Part shown: one piece after another, positions 39,733 to 50,257 of the stretch
How the letters are laid out: each line of letters begins with the position of its first letter
Position numbering within the stretch: position 1 is the first letter of the stretch
NCBI GenBank assembly: GCA_963727775.1
Contig: CAVSHB010000002.1
Location: 256,001-320,000 of the forward strand
Direction: 5' to 3'
Source: an uncultured Nitrospiraceae bacterium
GTDB taxonomy: Bacteria > Nitrospirota > Thermodesulfovibrionia > Thermodesulfovibrionales > SM23-35
DNA: 64,000 nt
Translations under genes and position numbers: made by a program
Notes under the pieces: generated by a model
Database searches by the model: none
The model's input: only the letters and a program-made list of their open reading frames with translations
What the model was told of the DNA's origin: nothing

Positions 39733-42013
39733 ATGGAGATAAAGGAAGCACATTTTTCAATTATTTCTGAAGAGCTTGAGATAAAGACGGCACAGGTTAA
39801 GGCAACGGCCCTGCTTCTCGGAGAAGGGGCGACCGTGCCGTTTATAGCGAGATACAGAAAAGAGGCTACCGGAAGCCTTGACGAGGTTGCCGTCACAGCT
39901 ATCAGGGACAGGCTGGAGCAGTTAGCTGAATTGGACCAAAGGCGTGAAGCAGTCTTGAAGTCTCTCGATGAACGGGGGCTCATTACGGACGAGTTAAGGG
40001 GGAAGGTCGCAGGCGCCTCCTCTTTAACAGAACTCGAAGATATCTATCTGCCCTTCAGACCGAAACGCCGCACAAGGGCCACTGCGGCAAAAGAGAAGGG
40101 TCTCGAACCTTTGGCAGCAATGATTTTTGAACAGGGCGAAATCGACCCCGAGACTGAAGCCACTTCTTTTGTCGATCTGGAAAAAGGGGTCGAAACTGTT
40201 GAGGAAGCCCTTTCCGGCGCACGCGATATCATTGCTGAATGGGTAACCGAGGACCAGAAGGCCAGGGAAAAGATGCGTGAACTCTATTCCCGCAAAGGAG
40301 TGATGAAGTCAAAAGTCATCTCCGCGAAGGAAGAAGAAGGGATAAAGTACCGCGACTATTACGGATGGGAAGAGCCGGCTTCGAAGTCTCCTTCGCACAG
40401 GGTCCTTGCCATACGCCGGGGCGAAGAAGGAGGGCTTTCTCAGTTTGCGGATTGTCCCGCCTGAAGATGAGGCTATTACACTCCTTGAAGCTCTTTTCAT
40501 AAAAGGCGCATCTCCGGCATCCGAACAGGTAAAGACTGCTGTAATCGACAGTTTTAAAAGACTTCTCTCACTCTCGATTGAGACAGAGATACGCCTTGCG
40601 CTGAAAAAACGGGCAGATGAAGAGGCGATCAGGGTATTTGCAGAGAATCTGAGACAGCTTCTTCTTGCTCCACCGCTCGGAGGGAAAAACGTTCTGGCGA
40701 TCGATCCCGGCTTTAGGACCGGCTGCAAGGTTGTCTGCCTCGATAGACAGGGAAAGTTATTGGAGAATGATACAATTTATCCCCTTTTTTCGGATAAGGG
40801 CACATCGGAGGCAGCGGCGAAGATCAGGCAACTCTGTGAAAGGTTCGGGATAGAAGCTATCGCGATAGGAAACGGTACCGCCGGTAGGGAAACCGAGACC
40901 TTTGTTATGGGCATCGGTTTGCCGGAGAATATTGCGGTTGTAATGGTGAACGAAAGCGGCGCGTCAATCTATTCGGCTTCCGAGGTGGCGCGTGAAGAAT
41001 TCCCGGACCGGGATGTAACGGTGCGTGGCGCTGTTTCGATCGGGAGAAGGCTGATAGACCCTTTGGCGGAGCTGGTTAAGATCGATCCTAAATCGATCGG
41101 GGTCGGACAATACCAGCACGATGTCGACCAGCCAGCCCTAAAAAAGAGCCTCGATGACGTTGTTATCAGCTGCGTGAACGGCGTAGGGGTTGAGGTGAAT
41201 ACCGCGAGCAAAGAACTTCTTACTTACGTCTCCGGGTTGGGTCCGCAGCTTGCGAGAAACATCGTAGCATTCAGAAATGATAACGGACCGCTTAGGTCGA
41301 GGAAAGACCTCATGAAAGTCCCACGCCTGGGGCCGAAGGCCTTTGAACAGGCAGCGGGTTTCCTCCGTATCAGGGATGGGGAGAACCCTCTCGACAGAAG
41401 CGCAGTGCATCCCGAAAGTTATCACATCGTTGATACGATGGCGAAGGATATGGGATGTCCCATAGTCGAACTTATGGAAGACGAGTCTCTCAGAAAGACG
41501 ATTGATATTACCCGCTATGTGACCGATACGGTCGGAATTCCCACCTTAAGCGACATCATGGCCGAGCTTTCCCGGCCCGGCCGCGACCCGAGAGATAAAT
41601 ATGAATCTTTCCGGTTCACAGAAGGCATCGAGAAGCTGGAAGACGTGAAGCCCGGGATGAAGCTCCCTGGGATCGTTACGAATATAACCGCTTTCGGGGT
41701 CTTTGTGGACATCGGCGTTCATCAGGACGGCCTTATTCATATCAGTGAACTTTCCGACAGGTATGTGAAAAATCCTGCAGAGGTGGTGAAGGTCCATCAG
41801 AAGGTCTTTGTGACCGTCTTTGATGTGGACCTCCAGAGGAAGCGAATCTCCCTATCGATGAAAAGCAAGCCGGTTAAAACCGATGGACAGCCCGAGGCAA
41901 AGGAAAAAATAAAAGTAAACAGCGAGGCCATGAAGGAAAAGAAAGAAAAAAAAGGTAGTAGGCCGAAGCGGTTTGTGAATAACCCTTTTTACGAGGCACT
42001 CAGGAAGAAGTGA
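39733..42013 (+). pseudogene. tex: Tex RNA-binding protein, split by one frameshift near 40420
   Basis: GATVPFIARYRKE in ORF1; AIDPGFRTGCK, HhH and S1 motifs in ORF2; one extra base in GGCGAAGAAGGAG. Confidence 0.88.
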
Positions 42014-42045
42014 GCTCAGCAGGCGAGCTGGAATTGTCTATTACC

Positions 42046-42312
42046 TTACCTGAATCGATCTATGAGTTTATGCGTACCGACAAAATAAAGCTTATAAATG
42101 TTGCCTTCCTGCTGGAAAATACACCTATAGAAGTCGTCTACATAAAACTCCCAGAAATCAGAACCTTCAAGCTTGTGTATTTTTAAGGAAGGAAGTTTTG
42201 GATTATCGTTGAGAAGGGATATTTGTTTTTTAAATTTTTTCTTTATACCTTTGGGTAATTCATCGTACTGCGCAAAGAAATCCGGCTCTATGGATATGAG
42301 ATAGTTGCTCAA
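42046..42312 (-). CDS. RelE/ParE-like toxin
   Basis: PSLKIHKLEG...WEF...YRCIF...VGTH. Confidence 0.82.
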   Translation of the reverse strand: MSNYLISIEPDFFAQYDELPKGIKKKFKKQISLLNDNPKLPSLKIHKLEGSDFWEFYVDDFYRCIFQQEGNIYKLYFVGTHKLIDRFR

Positions 42313-42584
42313 TCTCTCTTTCCCAGTTCCTTTAGAAGCTCATCAACTTTATATGTCTTAGACCTGCCTTCTCTGAATGTCTTTTCAGCCTTCCTTATCT
42401 TTTCCTGTACCTCCTCAGACCAGAACCACGCCTGTGAGCGGGGAATGTGGATGGAGGGCTCAAGAACGAGCTTTCCTTCCCGTACCTCCAGAATAAGCTG
42501 ATCACCTTCCTTTATGTGAAGTATTTCACACACATCTTTCGGTATGGCTATCTGCCGTTTCGGCGAAACTGTCAGTGTCTTCAT
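42309..42584 (-). CDS. AbrB/MazE-type antitoxin
   Basis: QIAIPKDV...LHIKEGD; SQAWFWS. Confidence 0.88.
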   Translation of the reverse strand: MKTLTVSPKRQIAIPKDVCEILHIKEGDQLILEVREGKLVLEPSIHIPRSQAWFWSEEVQEKIRKAEKTFREGRSKTYKVDELLKELGKRD

Positions 42585-42604
42585 AACTCAATCTCCTTAC
42601 AAAA

Positions 42605-42645
42605 TTTTACTGCTTAGTAAAATAGTAAAATAATTTTACTATTTT
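42605..42645. promoter_or_regulatory. Overlapping palindromes upstream of the AbrB/RelE pair (probable operator)
   Basis: TTTTACT-gctt-AGTAAAA and AAAATAGTAAAA-taa-TTTTACTATTTT. Confidence 0.6.
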
Positions 42646-42760
42646 GTCAACGCTTATTGAAGTCCGTCAGATTCGGGATCAACTTCTGTAACTAATGACG
42701 TACAAAGAACGATAGATATGCATATTTGAAGTAACCGAAAAATTATTTTACGCCCACTAG

Positions 42761-44463
42761 GAGTCTGTCGGACTTGAATTGCTGTTTTTGACAGCGGTTG
42801 GAATCCGAGAGAGTCGATTGTAGTTATTTTTCATGATTTGATCGTCTGTCATCGGTTCTTTCCTGCCGGTGTTTTGTTGGATACATTATGCCATCGCCAT
42901 TTTCAGGCGCCTACCTGGCTGTTCCTCAATGCATGCAGCCTTTTGATGTTCCATGCAATGCAGATCATATCCCACTCGCCATTGACTGCAGTAAAACCAC
43001 GCAACAGGAATCGGTCAAATCCCATAGCTGCCTTGATTACCCCAAACGCCGGCTCCACAGTACTCTTGCGTATCGCATAAATTGCCTTACCGGCAACTGT
43101 CTTCAACCGATGTTTCATTCTTGTCACTGCATCAGCATCAACCGGCAATGGAGGCGGTTCGACGAATCGCTCCCATAAAGGCTGATTATGACTCTGCCGA
43201 TCTACTGCTATATATGGCTCTATTCCTTTGCTCTCACATTCTTGCACATTTGCTTCGCTGTAATACCCGCTGTCGGCTATTATAGTTTTTACTTTGCCAA
43301 GTTGTTCGGGCAGATATGTAAGCGCTTCAAGCGCTGGTTTCATCTGCTGTTTGTCATTGGATTGTTGTGTTACATGCGTTGCGACAATAAGCATTGTTTC
43401 TGTATCCACGGCTGCTTGAGCATTATAAGCCTGCTTGAATCCTCCACCCGATGCCGGCATTATGCGAGATTCTTCATCGGTCAGATTGACCTGATCTTTG
43501 TCAGTTGGCCCGGCTGCAGGCGGCTTGGGTCCTTTGCCTCGGGGTTTCTTGCCGCTCTGCTTTTGTTTGGCTACACGCTCTGCCTGTTTCTTTTCACTGT
43601 CGGCTTGTTCCATTGCATGCCGCTCTGCCGCACGGCGCTCTATCTCAGCTTTTGCTTCAGCTATCATTTTCAGCCGCTTCTCTCGCCGCTCCAGCTCTTC
43701 CGGGATGTTCATGCCGTCAGGAATGTCAGCTTTGTCAGCAGCCTCAGCTTTCTTCATCAGTTCCGCCACTTCCACTTTCAACTTATTCTCTATTTTGCAT
43801 GCATGCCCGTAGCTCAACGCCTTGTGCTTTGAGGCATTGGCTTTCATTTTGGTCCCATCCAAGCTGACCGTGCCTAACTTCAATACCCCGGTTTCTGCTG
43901 CTATCATTAGTATCTGCACAAACAGTTCTTTCAGCTTAGGCAAAAACCGACGTCGAAAGGTTGCTATTGTGTCATGGTCAGGGTGACTGTTGGCTGCCAC
44001 ATACCGGAATGCTACAGAGTCGTACGTGCTACGCTCTAATTGCCTGCTCGAAAAGACTCCCGTCGCATATCCGTAAAATAATAATGCCACCAGCATCTCA
44101 GGGCTGTATGCCTCACTGCCTCGTCCTGCATAATCATTTTTCAACCGGTCAAGATTAAGCTGATCCACTATCTCTACGACAAATCTCGCCAAGTGACCCT
44201 CGGGCAACCATTCCTGCACCGACGGCGGAAATAAATATATCGTCTCTCTGTCACATTGTTTGAACATTATGCTGATCTCCTGTTGTTCATTCTTATGCCG
44301 CTTGTCTATTATGCCATAAGGAACGCCCATGCAGGTCTGTCGGACTTAGATAATTACAGGCCGAAAAGATTTCTGCTGCCCAGTTTGCAATAAAGGTTCT
44401 TAAGAGACTGCCGTGTCCTTCAAGAAGTAAACTTTTCAGAAATGTTGAAAGTCCGACAGACTC
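42761..44463 (-). mobile_element. IS1182-family element, copy 2
   Basis: Same IRs, CTAG flanks and 1703-bp length as copy 1; identical ORF translations. Confidence 0.93.
42903..44267 (-). CDS. IS1182-family transposase
   Basis: Identical protein to 26176..27540. Confidence 0.93.
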   Translation of the reverse strand: MFKQCDRETIYLFPPSVQEWLPEGHLARFVVEIVDQLNLDRLKNDYAGRGSEAYSPEMLVALLFYGYATGVFSSRQLERSTYDSVAFRYVAANSHPDHDTIATFRRRFLPKLKELFVQILMIAAETGVLKLGTVSLDGTKMKANASKHKALSYGHACKIENKLKVEVAELMKKAEAADKADIPDGMNIPEELERREKRLKMIAEAKAEIERRAAERHAMEQADSEKKQAERVAKQKQSGKKPRGKGPKPPAAGPTDKDQVNLTDEESRIMPASGGGFKQAYNAQAAVDTETMLIVATHVTQQSNDKQQMKPALEALTYLPEQLGKVKTIIADSGYYSEANVQECESKGIEPYIAVDRQSHNQPLWERFVEPPPLPVDADAVTRMKHRLKTVAGKAIYAIRKSTVEPAFGVIKAAMGFDRFLLRGFTAVNGEWDMICIAWNIKRLHALRNSQVGA

Positions 44464-44819
44464 CTAGAAAACAAAAACGTTTCTAACACCTTCTACTGGT
44501 TTATTATTGTCAAGAACTTTTTACGGAGTAACTCCCCTCTGATAGAGACAAGCCACTACTAAGGTTTCCTGGCTTCAATGGTTTCTGCTTCGTTCTTTGC
44601 CCCCAGATCCCTTGTCTCATTACGTAATCCATTCTGCATGTTTGAGAGCCAATTCTGAAAAAGCGGCTTCGTAGAAAGCTATAGGATCGATTATCTCAGC
44701 ATGACCCATATTACGGTATCCCCTGGATTCGGCGTTTCTCTTTTTTATGCCTCCTCTTGGCTCCTTTCACTTAACCTTATATCAACCTTCTCACTTCCAT
44801 CTCCATTAGGAGGAAGTCA

Positions 44820-44982
44820 CTTTAGTCTTTGGTGTAGCACCTTGCCTGACACTGGTAATTCGAGGGTCTCAACAGAGCCCTGACCTTGCTTAATCGAGAC
44901 TAAGGTGCAAGCGGGGAGTTACAAGCTCCGCATGAAGGTCGGCTCAGCCGCCTTAGGTATCAGGTCGGTAATCTCCCCGCTT
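44820..44982 (-). ncRNA. Putative IS110 bridge RNA 2
   Basis: Scaffold GCGGGGAGATTA...AAGGCG...GACCTTC...TAACTCCCCG...TTAAGCAAGGT; guide TGCGGAG equals the element flank. Confidence 0.78.
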
Positions 44983-45000
44983 ACACGCCAATACTATAAG

Positions 45001-46263
45001 TTATGCAGCCTCCTGGTATTGAAGTGAGACTATAGAGAAATCTTTTTTGTATACACTTTGGTCACGCACAACAGCAAATATGATTCCAAGAAGTTTTCTT
45101 GCTACGGCGATCAGCGCCTTGGTCTTAGGCATGCCCCGCTCAAGGTACTTTTGATATTGATCGTGCATTATTCCACCTCTGCGGACTGTGTTGAGCGAGG
45201 CAAAGTACAAAAGTTTACGCAGCAGGTGACGGCCTCGCTTAGATATGCGTCGCTTCCCCTTGTATTGGCCAGAACTGATCTCATAAAGGTCCAGCCCTGC
45301 GAGCTTTAGGATCTCGGAGAGGGTTTGAAACTTCCGAAAATCACCCACTTCACCGATAAGACCGGCAGTGGTAACCTCTTTAATCCCCTTTATCGAGAGG
45401 ATCGAGCCACTGTAGGGAATCTGCTTCAGATAATACCCCATTTCCTTTTCCAGATCCCCGGTAAAGGACTCAGCAGCGTCCATGGCGATAAGAAGTTCTC
45501 TTATCTCACGTATAATGCTCGTCATGCCTTCGGTTACACCTATAGAAGCTGTTGCAGCCTCATAGAGGGCCTTGGCGCGATCTTCCTTCAGCTTTCCGCG
45601 GCTGACCTTATTGATCGTTGCACTCAAATTATCAAGACCGTACGCGACAATATCCTTGGGTGCTGGGCACTGCGCAAGGAGATATCGGGCAGTCAACGTC
45701 TTTACATCCTTCATTACCTGCAAAAACTCAGGAAAGATAATCGCAAGCAAGCTCTGGAGCTGGTTCACCAGGGATACATAACGCTCGTTGCTCCTTTCCC
45801 TGGCCTGAGTGAGCCTCCTGAGTTTGGCCGCTGGACCTTCCGGGATCACTACAGTCAGGGCGTGGCCAAGTGCCATAATATCAGCGATAACCTTTGGGTC
45901 TTTCTGGTCGGTCTTGTTCGGCGAATTACCCTGAAGCTCCTTAAGCCTCTTAGTGTGCATAGGGCTTACTTGTACCATGTGTACGCCTCTCGCACGCATG
46001 AAATGAACAAGAGGTTCGGCATACGGCCCGGTGGACTCGTATCCAAAAACAATATCTTCGATGTTATGGAGCTTTTTGGCATAAGATACACGATCCCAGA
46101 ACTCTTGGAAACCCCTGCCGTTGTTCCAGAAGGCAAAGGGCTTCACATCGCTTCCGTCCGGACAGCGCCAGTATCCAAAATGTCTATCCTTTCCCATATC
46201 AGCTGTCACAATCATCGTTCTACCATTGACTACTTTAAACTTTTTTGTTTTACTCTTCTTCAT
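45001..46263 (-). CDS. IS110 recombinase, intact
   Basis: TADMG, YESTG, KTDQKD, SSG. Confidence 0.95.
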   Translation of the reverse strand: MKKSKTKKFKVVNGRTMIVTADMGKDRHFGYWRCPDGSDVKPFAFWNNGRGFQEFWDRVSYAKKLHNIEDIVFGYESTGPYAEPLVHFMRARGVHMVQVSPMHTKRLKELQGNSPNKTDQKDPKVIADIMALGHALTVVIPEGPAAKLRRLTQARERSNERYVSLVNQLQSLLAIIFPEFLQVMKDVKTLTARYLLAQCPAPKDIVAYGLDNLSATINKVSRGKLKEDRAKALYEAATASIGVTEGMTSIIREIRELLIAMDAAESFTGDLEKEMGYYLKQIPYSGSILSIKGIKEVTTAGLIGEVGDFRKFQTLSEILKLAGLDLYEISSGQYKGKRRISKRGRHLLRKLLYFASLNTVRRGGIMHDQYQKYLERGMPKTKALIAVARKLLGIIFAVVRDQSVYKKDFSIVSLQYQEAA

Positions 46264-46504
46264 GGCTATACTCCTTTCTTTGGTTTGGATTTAACCAACT
46301 CGCACATTGGTCTGAATCAAGAAAGAGTATAGCCTTCTTTAACAAGGCCTAACTCTACAACAATATAGCAAGCTCCGCAGCCGAAATGTATTGAAATTAT
46401 TGCTGTATACTGGTACAAATATTGAGATCTTAAAAGAACAGTTTTTATAAAAAGGTTTCAGGTGTTGTTTGTCTTACGGAATTGGGGTAAAGATGAGTAG
46501 CATA

Positions 46505-46533
46505 ATATTATTAACCCATTAGGTTAATAATAT
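46505..46533. promoter_or_regulatory. Perfect 12-bp inverted repeat upstream of higBA (probable operator)
   Basis: ATATTATTAACC-catta-GGTTAATAATAT. Confidence 0.7.
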
Positions 46534-46552
46534 ATTGAAATTAATTTAATAC

Positions 46553-46891
46553 ACGGTTATACTATTTAAAACGACAAAGCTCGAAAGAGAGTGCAATAAT
46601 AAAAATCTTATGTTGAAAAGATTTGGTGCACTGAGATCAAAATTTTTGAAAAGAAGACTAAATGAACTGCAAGCGGCTGCTTCACTTGATGTTTTACGAT
46701 TTCTACCTCAGGCGCGGTCTCACGAACTGAAGGGAAATAGAAAAGGACAGCTCTCTGTCGATCTTGACCATCCGTACCGGTTGATTTTCGAGCCTGCAAA
46801 TAATCCGGTCGCTAAAAAGCCGGACGGTGGACTTGACTAGAATAAAGTAACAAGTGTGAGGATTATTGGCGTGGAGGACACACATGAGTAA
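46553..46891 (+). pseudogene. higB: HigB-like toxin with ACG at the expected start and an internal TAG
   Basis: (T)VILFKTTKLEREC...HELKGNRKGQLSVDLDHPYRLIF...GGLD*NKVTSVRIIGVEDTHE. Confidence 0.8.
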
Positions 46892-47987
46892 AGAAATAAA
46901 AAGTGAATTTGTACCTGATTATGCGGTGCCTCCGGGAGAGACGCTTCTTGAGACGTTGGAGACAATAGGCATGTCCCAGGCCGAGCTTGCAGAACGCACC
47001 GGTAGGCCCAAGAAGACAATTAATGAAATCGTCAAGGGGAAGGCTGCGATTACTCCTGAAACCGCCTTGCAATTGGAAAGGGTACTCGGAGTGCCCGCAA
47101 GCTTTTGGAATAATCTGGAACGTAATTATCAGGAAACCCTTGCGCGCATTAACGAGCAAAAGAGGCTGCAAAAACAAATTAACTGGCTTGAGAAATTTCC
47201 CATTGCTTTATTTGTCAGGAATGGATGGGTTAAGGGTTATAAAGACAAAATTCAGCAACTTAAGGCAGTCCTGAATTTTTTTGGTGTAGCTTCTCCTGGG
47301 CAATGGACACTGAGATGGCTTGACGCTCAGGTTTCATATCGAAAATCAGCAGTATTCACGAGTGATCCTTATGCCGTGGCCCCATGGCTGCGGATAGGAG
47401 AGCTCATTGCTCAAAAGACTGAATGCAGGCCCTATGCTGCGGCCAAGTTCAGAAACGCGCTCTCTGAAATCAGGAAACTTACAACACAGCCTCCCGAGGT
47501 TTTTCAGCCTGAAATCATTCGCCTTTGCGCCGGATGCGGGGTGGCTGTTGTTTTTGTTCCTGAACTTCCGAAAATAAGGGCATGTGGCGCAACATGGTGG
47601 CTGAATCCCAGCAAGGCGGTGATCCAATTGAGCCTGCGCTATAAAAGCGACGACCAGTTGTGGTTCAGCTTTTTCCATGAAGCGGGACATATACTTATCC
47701 ACGGCAAGAAAGATGTTTTTATTGAGGGTAATAATCAAGGCTCTGATAAGGAAGACGAAGCTGATAGATTTGCTTCTGATATTTTGATTCCACCCAGGAA
47801 ATACAGTCAATTTGTGCACTCAGGAAGATGCAGTAAAGAAGCCATCAAGGATTTTGCCTCTGAACTCAGCATTGCTCCAGGCATTGTTGTGGGACGACTT
47901 CAGCATTTCGGTAAAATACCATATAGCCATTGCAATGATCTGAAACGAAGATTTGAGTGGCAGAATGCTGCGGCAAAAATTAGATAA
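46884..47987 (+). CDS. higA: HigA-type HTH antitoxin fused to ImmA/IrrE-like metallopeptidase
   Basis: PPGETL...MSQAELA...ITPETA...FW; FFHEAGH; EDEADRFA. Confidence 0.9.
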   Translation: MSKEIKSEFVPDYAVPPGETLLETLETIGMSQAELAERTGRPKKTINEIVKGKAAITPETALQLERVLGVPASFWNNLERNYQETLARINEQKRLQKQINWLEKFPIALFVRNGWVKGYKDKIQQLKAVLNFFGVASPGQWTLRWLDAQVSYRKSAVFTSDPYAVAPWLRIGELIAQKTECRPYAAAKFRNALSEIRKLTTQPPEVFQPEIIRLCAGCGVAVVFVPELPKIRACGATWWLNPSKAVIQLSLRYKSDDQLWFSFFHEAGHILIHGKKDVFIEGNNQGSDKEDEADRFASDILIPPRKYSQFVHSGRCSKEAIKDFASELSIAPGIVVGRLQHFGKIPYSHCNDLKRRFEWQNAAAKIR

Positions 47988-48002
47988 ATTAACTACTTTA
48001 GG

Positions 48003-48438
48003 ATGGGACATTCCAGCAGGTGCTTTCAGTACCTAAAAGATTGGGTGGAGAAGAAGATACGGCGGTATCTTATGAGGGCTCGAAAACGCGGAGGCTTTGG
48101 CTGGGACAGGTGGAGTAGAGACTGGTTTTACGGGCATCTTGGGCTTTATGCCGATTATAAGGTGAGGTATTACCGCGGACTCGAAAGCGCTGCCAGCGGA
48201 TAGGCATCATAACCCTTGAGGAGAAGCCAATAGGAAAGCGTAGTGCGGGAAATCCGCACGCTGCGTTTGACGTGGCAGGGAATGGAAAAGTGCCATGGCG
48301 AACCTAAACGGGCACGAAACTGGAAACGGTGGATACAGCCAAGGGGAGACCTACTGTAACTCGCCATTCTTTGACCCTACTGATGAGGGGGAGCTGGAGA
48401 TAGAGCTTACATGCCCCTACGCCAGCTCTCTACTCTAC
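48003..48438 (+). mobile_element. Group II intron 3' remnant: maturase tail, DV/DVI, then a second DVI
   Basis: WVEKKIRRYLMRARKR...W peptide; DV GAAAGCGTAGTGCGGGAAATCCGCACGCTGCGTTTGA; ends GACCCTAC (48380) and TACTCTAC (48438). Confidence 0.85.
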
Positions 48439-48595
48439 AGAAGTGAATCAGGGTTGATCTCGCAATCTTCATTTTTCCGTGCATCAGAGAATCCTATTTA
48501 TTCCATATCCCTGCAATTGTTACCAGATAAACTTAAGAAAGGAAAAGCAAAACTGTTGCGGACTACGAGAAAAAATATCAGTAATTCATTTATGT

Positions 48596-50107
48596 TTATC
48601 TGAAGAGACTTAGCTGGTCTTTCCTCAACTGGGCAAATCCTTCTTCCGGAAAATGGAAAGTGTTCTTAAAAACCCTGTTCATTACAGAGACTAATTGGCG
48701 GAATTTATAGGCGTCATGGTGGGAGTCCCCCGTTCGTTCGGACGAACGCCAGCTTTGTTCGTCGGATATGCGCAATTCTATGCCCAGGGTGTACTGTTGG
48801 GTTTTTTTGCTGACACGGTCTCTTTTCGAATACAGCGGGGTCCCGGGAATCATAATTTCGTTCGTTTCGGCGGTGCGGTGTATCGGCAGAGAAAAGTTAA
48901 TTTTGCACTGAAACTTCTTATGACCTAAGGAAGTATGCGGGTTCTTCGCCGCATTAACACTAAGGGCTTCATAGAATTTCTTCGCATTGGCAAGCAACTC
49001 TTCTTCCACCGGCATTTCATTATTGCCCTCGCTCTGAGCAAGGCTGATCATTAGTCTGCGAACGGCTTCAATCATGCTTTTCGGACCATCGAAGAGTGTC
49101 TGGGTTATGGAATGCGAAGCCGTGTTTTCCTGCAGGATGACACCTCTCTTCTGGAGGGCATGGAAAAGCTTCAGCGTGTCATCGATGCTCTTCAGAATAA
49201 AAGTGATCGCAAGGATGTCCCTTATATCATATGCTTCTGCTTCTACATTCTTTCCTAACTTGGTAAACATGCTTTGCGGGCTCTTTAACCTGGCTTTAAT
49301 CTCGGCAATGTCTACCTCAACACCGTCTCCGCTGTTGAAAATCAGACATGCCTTCTCCTTATCAAATGTCATCGACTCTTTCAGTTTATGGAAAAAAGTG
49401 GAAATCTTGACAAATGCCCTTAGCACGGATTCACGTTCGGGGAGAATTCCGGGATTTTCCCAGTCGTAATAGTACAAGTCATCAAGGCTCTGCCCCTGCA
49501 TTTCCAAAAAAAAGCCCAGCTGGGCGTAATCGTTAATGTCCTGGCTGTCCTCTTCAATTGCCTTAATCAAATGGCCCATTTTGAGAATGGAACAGGCCAC
49601 CTTCTGCCACTCAATGGGAACTTCCATCTTCCTCCCCTTATAACCAAAAAAGATATGCGGATACTTTCTGGAGGAGGCGAGAAGAAAAAGATGCCGGGGG
49701 TCTTCAGAGACTATCTGCCGGAACACTGTATTCTTCAGAAGAGATTCTATTTCTCCGATGGACTGCAAGCAACTCCGGTAAAGACCGGAGTTGGTGGAAT
49801 TCAGAGCATCCAGCCTTTCCAGTTGATCAATCGTGAAGGGGAGCATCCAGTCAAAAAAATACCTGTATACCTGTTCAATATACTTCAGTGCCCGTTCCTT
49901 CTCGCTACCCAGTAATTCATTATTACCGAAGATATCAAAACCCCGGTTGGCCATCATTTTAGTTGCCTGTCCGAGGGCGGTCTCATAATCCCCGGCAGGT
50001 AATAAGAGAAATGGGGTCATCTCGATCCTATCCAGTATAGAACCGAATATTTCGTGATGAAGTTCCTGGCCTGACGATCCGTGTTTCATAAGGAAAATAT
50101 CGTGCAA
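48596..50107 (-). CDS. Hypothetical protein with RelA/SpoT-like nucleotidyltransferase motifs
   Basis: RLKSPQSMFTK, DIRDILAITFI, IELRI. Confidence 0.65.
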   Translation of the reverse strand: MHDIFLMKHGSSGQELHHEIFGSILDRIEMTPFLLLPAGDYETALGQATKMMANRGFDIFGNNELLGSEKERALKYIEQVYRYFFDWMLPFTIDQLERLDALNSTNSGLYRSCLQSIGEIESLLKNTVFRQIVSEDPRHLFLLASSRKYPHIFFGYKGRKMEVPIEWQKVACSILKMGHLIKAIEEDSQDINDYAQLGFFLEMQGQSLDDLYYYDWENPGILPERESVLRAFVKISTFFHKLKESMTFDKEKACLIFNSGDGVEVDIAEIKARLKSPQSMFTKLGKNVEAEAYDIRDILAITFILKSIDDTLKLFHALQKRGVILQENTASHSITQTLFDGPKSMIEAVRRLMISLAQSEGNNEMPVEEELLANAKKFYEALSVNAAKNPHTSLGHKKFQCKINFSLPIHRTAETNEIMIPGTPLYSKRDRVSKKTQQYTLGIELRISDEQSWRSSERTGDSHHDAYKFRQLVSVMNRVFKNTFHFPEEGFAQLRKDQLSLFR

Positions 50108-50257
50108 TTCACCTGTCCCGGATTGTAATCCAACGGCTCGGCTTTATATTTCTTTTACCTGATTATTATAGCTTATCAAACCTGAATTAAAACTGAAGCG
50201 GTCATACAAGTGGGGATTTTTTCGTATAGCACGAAAGATTTCAAATGCCGTCAGGCC

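Larger units (their letters stand above)
44496..46374 (-). mobile_element. IS110-family element 2
   Basis: CT core at 44496-44497 and 46373-46374; ends homologous to element 1. Confidence 0.9.

Noticed and set aside
45325..46332. 335-aa plus-strand ORF
   Set aside because: Antisense shadow of the IS110 recombinase
46838..46840. Pyrrolysine readthrough of the higB TAG
   Set aside because: Simple TGG to TAG change with a second lesion at the start; no pyl genes in view
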